Source: Squalus acanthias (taxonomy: Eukaryota). Taken from it: a stretch of 64,000 nt of DNA. Where the stretch lies: contig CM059438.1 of the NCBI GenBank assembly GCA_030390025.1, forward strand, positions 58,716,001-58,780,000. Reading direction: 5' to 3'. Within the stretch, counting starts at the first letter, position 1; the number at the start of each line of letters is the position of its first letter. The position numbers were made by a program, and so were the translations under genes. The notes under the pieces were generated by a model. The model was not told where the DNA came from. It did not search any database and saw only the letters and a program-made list of their open reading frames with translations. This document shows positions 24,299 to 35,255 of the stretch, in pieces.

Positions 24299-24847
24299 GG
24301 GGTAGAGTTTCCACTTTGGGCGTAATTGGCAATCCGGGCGCGTAATTGTGCTCGAAATTCCGCTGACTTACCGAAGTGAAGTTATGGTTCAAGTTCCCGC
24401 TCAAACTCATTTGCATAATCACAAACGTAAAATCTTCCGTGACGAGCAGCATTTTAGAACGTAATTGTTTATCTCTTTCTCCTTGCATGTAAAAAAATAT
24501 TCCTCGGTATATTTAAGAGCGGTAACCTGGTTTTATTAACACAGCTGAAAAGGGGCTTATCCCAAAAAATAAGCATTTTAATCAGTGTCGAGTCCACCAC
24601 CTGTGAGTGAACCGATTTTAAATCACTGAAAATGACGTTAAAACTCGCCATGGTGATTAAGTCGATCTGGGGGCGTGGCCAGTTCTGTGGGCGGGGCCGG
24701 CTTCCAGCGCGATGTTTTTAAACCAGCGCAAAAAGATCGCGGAAACTCGAGTTGAGCTTGAAATTCCGCGATCTTTTGCGCTGGTTCGGCCAATTCCGGG
24801 CGAATTACGCTGGAATAACCAGTGCGACCTAGCAGAAACTCTAGCCC
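24299..24847. mobile_element. Harbinger-type MITE
   Basis: Imperfect TIRs GGGGTAGAGTTTCCAC and GCAGAAACTCTAGCCC; non-coding; interrupts CR1 copy A; TSD not evident. Confidence 0.7.
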
Positions 24848-25116
24848 AAAATCGTTGGTCATCTCTAGCTTTGGATCCCCTTCCTTTCCCGCCGTGGGAG
24901 TGTGTGTACTCTGTACCCGCACCATCTCCTCCTTCAAGGCCTCCCATTATTCAAACACTGTTTTTGCCTACCAATTTTTGATTCCAATCCAGCTGGGCCA
25001 GATCCCTTTTCAACGCACTGAAGTTAGTCCTCCCCCAGTTAAGTATTTTTACGCGCCAGAAGTGGATTGGCACTTTTCAGTCATTCCCCCACTGCCGAAG
25101 CAAGCATTCCCAGGTC

Positions 25117-27337
25117 ATAGAAACATAGAAGATAGGAGCAGGAGTAGGCCATTCGGCCCCTCAAGCCTGTTCCGCCATTTAATGAGATCATGGCTGATCA
25201 TCCAAATTCAGTACCCTGTCCCTGCTTTCTCCCCATATCCCTTGATCCCTTTAGCCTTAAGAAATATATATAACTCCTTATTGAATATATTTAATGAATT
25301 GGCCTCAACTGCCTTCTGTGGTAGAGAATTCCACACGTTCACCACTCTCTGGGTAAAGAAATTCCTCCTCATCTCAGTCCTAAATGGCTTACTCCTTATC
25401 CTTAGACTGTGACCCCTGGTTCTGGACTCCCCCGCCATCGGGAACATCCTTCCTGCATCTAGTCTGTCTAGTCCTGTTAGAATTTTATAAGTTTCAATGA
25501 GATCCCCTCTCATTCTTCTAAACTCTAGCGAATATAAGCCTAATCAACCCAATCTCTCTTCATACATCATTCCTGCCATCCCAGGTATCAGTCTGGTGAA
25601 TCTTCGCTGCACTCCCTCCATGGCAAGAACATCCTTCCTCAGATAAGGTGACCAAAACTGCACACAATACTCAAGGTGTGGTCTCACCAAGACCCTGTAC
25701 AACTGCAGCAAGACATCCTTGCTCCTGTACTCGAATCCTCTCGCAGTGAAGGCCAACATACCATTTGCCTTCTTAACCGCCTGCTGCACCTGCATGCTTA
25801 CCTTCAGCGACTGGTGCACAAGGACACCCAGGTCTCGTTGCACTTCCCCTTCTCCCAATCTATTGCCGTTCAGATAATAATCTGTCTTCCTGTTTTTGCC
25901 ACCAAAGTGGATAACCTCGCATTTATCCACATTATACTGCATCTGCCATGCATCTGCCCAATCACCCAACCTGTCCAAATTATACTGGAGTTTCTCTGCA
26001 TCCTCCTCACAGCACACACTCCCACCCAGCTTTGTATCATCTGCAAACTTGGAGATATTACATCTAGTTCCCTCGTCTAGATCATTAATATATATTGTGA
26101 ATAGCTGGGGTCCTAGCACCGATCCCTGCGGTGCCCCACTAGTCACTGCCTGCCACTCGGAAAAAGACCCGTTTATTCCAACTCTTTGCTTCCTGTCTGC
26201 CAACCAGTTCTCTATCCAAGTCAGTACCTTACTCCCAATCCCATGTGCTTTAACTTTGCATGCTAATCTCTTATTCGGGACCTTATCGAAAGCCTTCTGA
26301 AAGTCCAAATACACCACATCCACTGGTTCTCCCTTATCTATTCTACCAGTTACATCCTCAAAAAATTCCAATAGATTAGTCAAGCATGATTTACCTTTTG
26401 TAAATCCATGTTGACTTTGTCCGATCCTGTCACTGTTTTCCAAGTGCTCTGCTGTTACATCTTTCATAATGGACTCTAGCATTTTTCCCACTACCGATGT
26501 CAGGCTTACCAGTTTATAATTCCCCGTTTTCTCTCTACCACCTTTTTTAAATAGTGGGGTTACATTAGCTACCCTCCAATCCATGGGAACTATTCCAGAG
26601 TCTATAGAATTTTGGAAGATGACCAGCAATGCATCTACTATTTCTAGGGCCACTTCCTTAAGTACCCTAGGATGTAGATTATCAGGCCCTGGGGATTTAT
26701 CGGTCTTCAATCCCTTCAATTTCCCTAACACCATTTCCCTACAAATACTGATTTCATTCAGTTCCTCCCTCTCATTAGACCCTATATTCCCCGACATCTC
26801 TGGGAGGTTATTTGTGTCCTCCTTTGTGAAGACAGAACCAAAGTATGTATTTAATTGGTCTGCCATTTCTTTGTTCCCCATTATAAATTCCCCTGATTCT
26901 GACTGCAAGGGACCTACGCTTGACTTCACCAATCTTTTTCTCTTCACATATCTATAGAAGCTTTTACAGTCAGTTTTTATGTTCCCTGAAAGCTTACTCT
27001 CATACTCTATTTTCCACCTCTTAATTAATCCCTTTGTCCTCCTTTGCTGAATCCTAAACTGCTCCCAATGCTCAGGTTTGCTGCTTTTTCTGGCCAATTT
27101 ATAGGTCCTCTCCTTGGATCTTATGCTATCCCTAATTTCCCTTGTTAGCCACGGTTGAGTCACCTTTTTTGTTTTATTTTTATGCCAAACAGGGATGAAC
27201 AAATTCTGTAGTTCATCCATGCGATCTTTAAATGTTTGCCATTGCCTATCCACCATCAACCCTTGAAACAACGTTCCCCAATCCATCCTAGCCAACTCGC
27301 GCCTCATACCATCATAGTTTCCTTTATTTAAATTCAG
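25117..27337 (-). mobile_element. CR1 LINE copy C, 5'-truncated; RT frame 25544-27307 open for 587 aa
   Basis: [27 protein letters not shown]; premature stop near 25544; 3' tail CATAGAAACATAG. Confidence 0.92.
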
Positions 27338-27879
27338 GTGTTATTTAAAAAACAGGTGTTCCTGGACCTGTACTTTCAGCCATCAGGTACGGCCAATCCA
27401 TCTCTGCCGCCAGAAAACTTGCCTCACAATCCTCTCTTCACCCTCTTCTACCGTGAAAAAATCAAATAAAGACGTGCATTCAATCCAGTACCCATTCTAA
27501 GAGTTTCGGCAGCAGCAATGAAAACTCCAGCTCTGCAGCTGCCCTCTAGGCTGTCCTTGCTCAGCGAGCTGCCTGCACAGCACGATCCCAGCAAGACAAT
27601 CCGAAACCCCAGTCGTCTGGTAATTGTCCTTCATTTTTGTCTCTGATTCCCTGCCTGATTTCCTGTCCCTCACGCATATGTTCCACATCAACAGAACTGA
27701 TCACACTGGCTGGAAAATCTACCCCTTCTTCAGTACATCTTTCCAGATGGTGCAGGCAGAGAGGCTGCATTAACATCCCATGTGTGTCACTGTTGAGCCC
27801 AGCCTGGACACCTGTGCAATCGCTACAGTTGGCCAGTCACTGGCAACCGAGGCTGCAGGCAGCCTCCCCTCACCCGGCC

Positions 27880-28900
27880 GACACGCCAGTGCAGTACTGA
27901 GGGAGTGCTGCACTGTCGGAGGTGCCGTCTTTCGGATGAGATATTAAATCGAGGTCCCGTCTGCTCTCTCAGGTGGATGTAAAAGATCCCATGGCACTAC
28001 TTTGAAGAAGAGCAGGGGAGTTATCCCCGGTGCCCCGGCCAATATTTATCCCTCAATCAACATCACTAAAAGAGAGTGGGCCGTATTTTCCGATCGGAGG
28101 CTTCCCATGTGTTCCTGGGCCTCTCCAACTCTAAATGTGCAGGGCCCACGTATCCCGGAGGCGCATGCGGTGGGCCATGAGGAGCCAACAGAAGAAGGGA
28201 ATCTCCCTTCATACACTTGACAGATAGACCTGTCAAATATATGAATGGAGATCACCCCAAAAACATAGTAAAACTTTAAATAAATTTTTTAAAAAATCGC
28301 ATTTTTAAAATTAGTTGAAATTACAATAAATTAAATATTTTAAACAAAAATTTAATTTTTTGAAAAAAATAATTAAAGTTTTTTATGGGGCTAAAAATTA
28401 ACTTACCTTTTTTTAAAGTATTTATAAATGATAAATGAGTGAATTTTTAAAAAACTTTTTTTCAAGTCTTATGCTGCTTTTACCAGGCGTAAGATTTCTA
28501 AGGGTTTTCTGCGGGTGAAGGTTCTCCAGAAGTGGAACTATCCGCCCGCAGAGGCCCTTCTCTAGGGCAGGTGTCCGATCTGTCAGGAGCATTCGTGACA
28601 GATCGGAAATGCCGGTTTTCAGCGCATGCGCTTGGCATGCCTGAAACCGGCATTTCCGATGTCCCTACGGGTGTGTACACAGTGCGTACCCACCCGTAGG
28701 GATTGGAATATACGGCCCATTATCTGGTCATTATCACATTGCTGTTTGTGGGGGCTTGCTGTGCGCAAAATTGGCTGCCCCGTTTCCTACATTACACCAG
28801 TGGCTACATTTCAAAAAGTACCTCACTGGCTGTAAAATGCTTTGGGACATCCGGTGGTCGTGAAAGTTGCTATATGAATGCAAGTCTTTCTTTCTTTCCT
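27880..28900 (+). mobile_element. Deu-domain SINE interrupted by a MITE
   Basis: Central domain 27880-28077 continues at 28719 into the SINE tail. Confidence 0.8.
28078..28718. mobile_element. Harbinger-type MITE with AT-rich core
   Basis: 18-bp TIRs GGGCCGTATTTTCCGATC and GATTGGAATATACGGCCC (2 mismatches); flanks AGT/ATT. Confidence 0.8.
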
Positions 28901-29153
28901 TCCCCACATGCAGATTCAGTCACTGAGGGAGGCCACTGCTTTTGATTGGGGAATTGGTTGTTGAGTTTATTCAAATGGTCAGATCATTTTATGTCAGTGT
29001 CAGTGACACGCTGGGATCTCGGAGATTTTACCAGCACCTGTTAAATGAAGATGTTTAATTTGCATAGGTTCCTGTTTAGAGATATCACATGCATATCAGC
29101 AATGTGTGCAGCATGAACAAGCACAGAGTGACAATGCATACAGGCCCACAGTG

Positions 29154-29363
29154 TCAGGGCAATGGATCAATAAATGGCAGGAAGAGGTCTTTGACCGCAG
29201 CTCTGTGTCGATGTCGCACATTCTCCTCTTGTTCCTTTATGATCTCCTGCGCAGTCGCACGTAGAACAACATTCTGCGAAACAGGCACAGGTGCATCTAA
29301 GGGGGTGCGGGCAGTGCTGGGGGTTGTAGGACCTTTGACCTTCACCTTCTTTGGAAAGCATTC
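29154..29363 (-). CDS. Candidate terminal coding exon of an unidentified host gene
   Basis: Acceptor TTTTTTTGTTGGTTTTCACAG|GAA, 69 codons ECFPKKVKVKG...KDLFLPFIDPLP then stop; no TE similarity seen. Confidence 0.5.
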   Translation of the reverse strand, partial: ECFPKKVKVKGPTTPSTARTPLDAPVPVSQNVVLRATAQEIIKEQEENVRHRHRAAVKDLFLPFIDPLP

Positions 29364-29664
29364 CTGTGAAAACCAACAAAAAAATGAGTCAGGAAGAGGG
29401 GTGGAAATATTCAGCTTATCTTGGGGCACACCAAGTAAGTGAATCATATTATACACCTCCGATGACAGCGTGTTAGGAGGAAGCAGGTTAGACGCATAAC
29501 TGCATGGCTTGAAAGATGGTGTAGAAAGGAAGGCTTCCGATTTCATGGGGACTGGAATGAGCTTTCGGTAGGGGGGAAGCTCTAAAGACCATCTGAAGTG
29601 AACCAGTAGCAATGGCTTCCCAAAGAAGGTAAATAGAGCAGTGGGAGAGGATTTAAGCTAAAGA

Positions 29665-30390
29665 TTCATAGAATGATACAGCACAGAAGGAGGCCATTCA
29701 GCCTATTGTGCCTGTGCCGGCTCTTTGAAAGAGCTATCCAATCAGTCCCACTCCCCTGCTCTATCCCCAAAGCCCTGCAAATTTTTCCTTTTCAAATGTA
29801 TATCCAATTTCCTTTGAAACCTTTGAAAGTTATTATTGAATCAGGCAGCGCATTCCAGATCACAACAACTCGCTGCGTTCAAAAAATTCTCATCATCTCT
29901 CCCCTTGGATTTTTTGCCAATTATCTTAAATCTGTGTCCTCTGGTTACCGAGCCTCCTGTCAGTGAAAACAGTTTCTCCCTATCTACTCATGATTTTGAA
30001 CACTCCTATTTAATCTCCTGTTAACTTTCTCTGCTTTAAGGAGAACAACCTCAGCTCCTCCAGTCTTTCCACATAACTGAAGTCCCTCATATCTGGGGCC
30101 ATTCCAGTAAATCTGCTCTGCACCCTCTCCAGGGCCTTGACATCATTCCTAAAGTGCAGTGCCCAAAACTCTAGCTGAGGCCGAACCAGCGATTTATTAA
30201 AGTTTAGCATACTCTATGCCTTTATTTATAGAGCCAAGGATCCTATATGCATTTTCAATGGCCTTCTCAACTTGTCCTGCCACCTTCAAAGATTTGTGTA
30301 TATTTAACCCCAGGTCTCTGTTCCTGAAAACCCTTTAAAATTGTACCATTTAGTTTGTATTGCTTCTCCTCATTCTTCCTATCAAAATGC
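29665..30390 (-). mobile_element. CR1 LINE 3' fragment
   Basis: SLVRPQLEFW..DVKALERVQSRFTGM; tail ATTCATAGAATGATAC. Confidence 0.85.
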
Positions 30391-30496
30391 ACAGGGCAAG
30401 GGTAGATCTGAAAGCATATTTACTTTTACTTAGCTTTCTTAAAGTTTTAAGTTTATTCCAGCTAGGTTAGTAAATAGTCTGTTAATTAGAGGTATG

Positions 30497-31402
30497 ATGC
30501 GGAGATGCCGGTGTTGGACTGGGGTGGACAAAATTGAGAGGTCGCACAACACCAGGTTATAGTCCAACAGTTTTATTTGAAATCACAAGCTTTCGGAGCT
30601 TACTACTCCTTCGTCGGGTGAAGTAAAAAGATACAGAATCACCAAAGCATATATAGATAGAGAACAATGCATGTGTACCTTACAATTGCAGACAACTAAA
30701 TTAAATCATCCTGACTATCTGCCGAGGTGTGATAAAGTTAATCAGGTCAGCCAGGAACGAGCACCACGCAACAATCGCCAGGCAGGATTGTTACCTCCCA
30801 GTCAGGGAACACTTCAGCAGTCAAAGACATTCAGCCTCGGATCTGCGGGTAAGCGTTCTCCAAGGCAACCTTAGGAACACACGACAGCGCAAAATCATCG
30901 AGCAGAAACTGATAGCCAAGTTCCGCACTCATGAAGACGGTCTCAACCGGGATCTTGGGTTTATGTCACGATACATGACGTGATCCGGACTCGAGTCGTC
31001 GTTGGCTTGTTCACAGATGTGATTCCCAGTAAAAAAGTAAAAATTTTCCCAGTAAAAAAGTAAAATTTTTAAAGCTTATCGTTTTACATACAGACGGCAG
31101 CTTTTGACACGTTAGACCCCCTGCGACTCCACCTCATTGTCTCAGTTGTATCTTGCTATGTCTTTGATGTGGTACCTTCCTGGCTGACCTGATTAACTTT
31201 ATCACACCTCGGCAGATAGTCAGGATGATTTAATTTAGTTGTCTGCAATTGTAAGGTACACATGCATTGTTCTCTATCTATATATGCTTTGGCGATTCTG
31301 TATCTTTTTACTTCACCTGACGAAGGAGTAGTAAGCTCCGAAAGCTTGTGATTTCAAATAAAACTGTTGGACTATAACCTGGTGTTGTGCGACCTCTCAA
31401 TT
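30497..31402 (+). mobile_element. Truncated Penelope-like element with inverted pseudo-LTR
   Basis: GIY-YIG C-terminus LPVREHFSSQRHS..RKIIEQKLIAKFRTHEDGLNRD; 226-bp inverted repeats 30532-30757 and 31177-31402; 13-bp flanking direct repeat AATTAGAGGTATG. Confidence 0.88.
31313..31351 (+). ncRNA. Minimal type I hammerhead ribozyme motif
   Basis: TCAC-CTGACGA-A-GGAG-TAGTAAG-CTCC-GAAA-GC-TT-GTGA. Confidence 0.72.
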
Positions 31403-31408
31403 AGAGGT

Positions 31409-32359
31409 ATGGCAGGGCAGCTCCCACCCATGGAATGCACATCCTGTGCCATGTGGGAAGTCCTGGACACCTCCTGTGGTCTGGACGACCACATGTGCGG
31501 AAAGTGTCGCCAGCTGCAGCAGCTCGAGCACCGGGTTACGGAGCTTGAGCGGCGGCTGCAGTCACTGCTGTGCATCCGCGAGGCTGAGAGCTACGTGGAT
31601 AGCACGTTTCGGGAGGTGGTCACCCCGCAGCTTAAGAGTGTGCAGGCAGAGAGGGAATGGGTGATCGTCAGACAGAAGAGGAGGACCAGGCAGGTAGTAC
31701 AGGAGTCCCCTGAGCCCATCTTGCTCACCAACCAGTATTCGGTGCTGAGTACTGGTGAGGGCAATGGTTCCTCTGGGGAGTGCAGCCAGAGCCAAGTCTA
31801 CAGCACCATGGAAGGCTCAGCTGCACAGGCGGGGGGGAAGAGGAGAGGGAGAGCAATAGTGATAGGGGATTCAATAGTTAGGGGAGTAGACAGGCATTTC
31901 TGCGGCCGCAGACGTGACTCCAGGATGGTATATTGCCTCACTGGTTCCAGGGTCAAGGATGTCACTGAATGGCTGCAGGGCATTCTGAGGGGGGAGGGTG
32001 AACAGCCAGAGGTGGTGGTCCATATCGGTACCAACGACATAGGTAGGAAGAGGGATGAGGTCCTGCAGGCAGAGTTTAGGGAGCTAGGAAAGAGGTTAAA
32101 AAGCAGGACCTCAAAGGTAGTAATCTCCAGATTGCTACCAGTGCCACGTGCTAGTGAGTACAGAAATAGGAAGATAGAGCAGATGAATGCGTGGCTGGAG
32201 AGATGGTGTAGGAGGGAGGGCTTTAGATTCCTGAGGAATTGGAACCGTTTCTGGAGAAGGTGGGACCTCTACAAGCCAGACGGGTTGCACCTCAACGGGA
32301 ACAGGACCAATATCCTCGTGGGAGGGTTTGCTAGTGTTGTTGGGGAGGGTTTGAACTAG
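31409..32359 (+). CDS. CR1 ORF1 protein (CxxC zinc finger, coiled coil, SGNH/GDSL esterase)
   Basis: CTSC...CGKC, LEHRVTELERRL, IVIGDSIVR, HIGTND, DGLHLN; frame open. Confidence 0.88.
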   Translation: MAGQLPPMECTSCAMWEVLDTSCGLDDHMCGKCRQLQQLEHRVTELERRLQSLLCIREAESYVDSTFREVVTPQLKSVQAEREWVIVRQKRRTRQVVQESPEPILLTNQYSVLSTGEGNGSSGECSQSQVYSTMEGSAAQAGGKRRGRAIVIGDSIVRGVDRHFCGRRRDSRMVYCLTGSRVKDVTEWLQGILRGEGEQPEVVVHIGTNDIGRKRDEVLQAEFRELGKRLKSRTSKVVISRLLPVPRASEYRNRKIEQMNAWLERWCRREGFRFLRNWNRFWRRWDLYKPDGLHLNGNRTNILVGGFASVVGEGLN

Positions 32360-35255
32360 CTTGGCAGGGGGATGGGAACCTAAGTATAGAGTCAATAGGG
32401 AGGGAAGAAAAACTGGAATTGGAAAACAAAAACGTAGAAAGTAAATTGGAAGGACAGAGGAATCAAGGGCTAGATAGTAGTCAACAAGGAGGTTTGCCTG
32501 TACTAAATGGTATATACTTCAATGCAAGGAGTATAGTGAACAAGGCAGATGAGCTGAGGGCACAGGTAGATACTTGGGACTATGATATTATAGCTATTAC
32601 AGAGGCGTGGCTGAAAGAGGGGCAGGTATGGCAGCTCAACATTCCTGGTTACAGGATTTTCAGACGGGATAGAGAGGGAGGTAAAAAGGGAGGGGGGGTC
32701 GCGGTATTGATTAAAGAAACTATTACAGCTGTGAGGAGGGATGATATGTTGGAGGGATCATCAAACGAGGCCATATGAGTCGAATTGAAAAACAAAAAAG
32801 TGGCGATCACACTGCTGGGAGTGTACTACAGACCCCCAAACAGTGAGAGGGAGATAGAAGAACAAATATGTAGACAAATTTCTGAGAATTGCAAAAACTA
32901 TAGGGCAGTAATAGTAGGGGATTTCAACTACCCCAATATTAACTGGGATAAAATTAGTGTGAAGGGTATAGAGGGTGCGGAATTCCTAAAATGCATCCAG
33001 GAGAACTTTTTTCGCCAGTATGTAGCAAGCCCAACAAGGGAGGGGGCGGTTCTGGACTTAGTTTTAGGGAATGAAGCTGGGCAGGTAGACGGTGTATCAG
33101 TGGGGGAGCATTTTGGTGCTAGTGACCATAATTCTGTTAGATTTAAGCTAAATTGGGGAAAAGCAAATTTTGCTAAGCTCAGAGGGGATTTAGCCATAGT
33201 GGACTGGAAACAGCTACTTGAAGGTAAATCAGTGTCAGAGCAGTGGGAGGCATTCAAGGAGGAGATCTGGAGGGTTCAGAACAAATATGTGCCCTTAAAG
33301 AAAAAAGGTGGGACTAACAAATCTAGAGCCCCCTGGATGTCTAGGGGCATACAGGGTAGGATAAAGAAAAAAAGGGAGGCGTATGACAGATACCGAGGAC
33401 TAAATACTCCAGAATCTTTAGAGGAATACAGAAAGTGCAGGGGTGCAATTAAAAAGGATATTAGGAAAACAAAGAGAGAGCATGAAAAATTCTTGGCAAG
33501 TAAAATCAAGGAAAACCCAAAGATGTTTTATAAATATATTAAGAGTAAGAGGATAACTAAAGAAAGGGTAGGGCCTATTAGAGATCATGAGGGTAATCTG
33601 TGTGTGGAGGCGGGAGACGTCGGTAGGGTTCTTAATGAACACTTTGCGTCTGTTTTCACAAAGGAGAGGGGCGAAGCAGACATTGCTATCGGGGTGGGAA
33701 TGTGAAATATTAGATGAAATAAACATAGTGAGAGAGGAAGTATTAAGGGGTTTAGCAGCTTTAAAAGTGGATAAATCCCCAGGCCTGGATGAGATGTATC
33801 CCAGGCTGTTAAGTGAAGCAAAAGAGGAAATAGCAGAGACCCTGACCATCATTTTTCAATCTCTCTGGCTTCAGGTGTGGTGCTGGAGGACTGGAGGACT
33901 GCTAATGTGGTACCCTTGTTTAAAAAGGGAGAAAAGGATAGACCGAGTAATTACAGGCCAGTCAGCCTAACCTCGGTGGTGGGAAAATTATTGGAAAGAA
34001 TTCTGAAGGACAGGATAAATCTTCATTTAGAAAGACACGGATTAATCAAGGATAGTCAGCACGGTTAAGGGAGGTCGTGTCTGACAAACTTGATTGAATT
34101 TTTTGAGGAGGTAACAAGGAGGGTAGATGAGGGTAGTGCGTTTGATGTAGTTTATACGGATTTTAACAAGGCTTTTGATAAGGTTCCACATGGCAGACTG
34201 GTCACGAAGTTAAAAGCCCATGGGATCCAGGGCAAAGTGTCAAGTTGGATTCAAAACTGGCTCGGAGACAGGAAGCAGAGGGTAATGGTTGATGGGTGTT
34301 TTTGTGACTGGAAGGCTGTTTCCAGTGGGGTTCTGCAGGACTCAGTACTAGGTCTCTTGCTTTTTGTGGTATATATCAATGATCTAGACTTGAATATAGG
34401 GGGTATGATTAAGAAGTTTGCAGATGATACTAAAATCGGTTGTGTGGTTGATACTGAAGAAGGAAGCTGTAGACTGCAGGAAGATATCAATAAATTGGTC
34501 AGGTGGGCAGAACAGTGGCAAATGGAATTCAATCCGGAGAAATGTGAGGTAATGCATTTGGGGAGGGCTAACAAGGCAAGGGCATACACTATAAATGGTA
34601 GGACACTGAGTAGTGTAGAGGAACAAAGGGGCCTTGGGGTGCATGTCCACAGATCCCTGAAGGTAGCAGGCCAGGTAGATAAGGTGGTTAAGAAGGCATA
34701 CGGAATGCTTGCCTTTATTAGCCGTGGCATAGAATACAAGAGCAGGGGGTTATGCTTCAACTGTATAAAACACTAGTTAGGCCTCAGATAGAGTACTGCG
34801 TGCAGTTCTGGTCACCACATTACAGGAAGGATGTGATTGCACTAGAGAGGGTACAGAGGAGAATTACAAGTAAGTTGCCGGGAGTAGAGAATCTTAGCTA
34901 TGAGGAAAGACTGGATAGGCTGGGTCTGTTTTCCTTGGAACAGAGGAGGCTGAGGAGAGACCTTATTGAGGTGTATAAAATTATGAGGGGCATAGATAAA
35001 GTGCATAGAAAGGACCTATTTCCCTTAGCAGAGGGGTCAAAAACCAGGGGGCACAGATTTAAAGTAATTGGTGGAAGGTTTAGAGGGGATTTGAGGGGAA
35101 ATTTCTTCATCCAGAGGGTTGTGGGGGTCTGGAACTCGCTGCCTGATGGGGTGGTAGAGGCAGCAACCCTAACCACATTTAAAAAGTACTTGGATGTGCA
35201 CTTGGGATGCTGTAACCTGCAGGGATACGGACCAAGAGCTGGGAAGTGGGATTAG
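32360..35255 (+). pseudogene. CR1 ORF2 (APE endonuclease and reverse transcriptase), multiple stops and frameshifts
   Basis: YFNARSI, AITEAWL, GDFN, SDH, FADD and VWNSLP motifs split over several ORFs. Confidence 0.9.

Larger units (their letters stand above)
21065..25116 (-). mobile_element. CR1 LINE copy A (decayed ORF2), split by CR1 copy B and a MITE
   Basis: 3' tail at 21065; RT FADD segment 21504-21947; resumes at ~23597 (FEKAFDKVP) and again after 24847. Confidence 0.8.

Noticed and set aside
25676..26957. Antisense ORFs over CR1 (also seen over Gypsy and Harbinger coding regions)
   Set aside because: Shadow frames of transposon genes with no independent motifs
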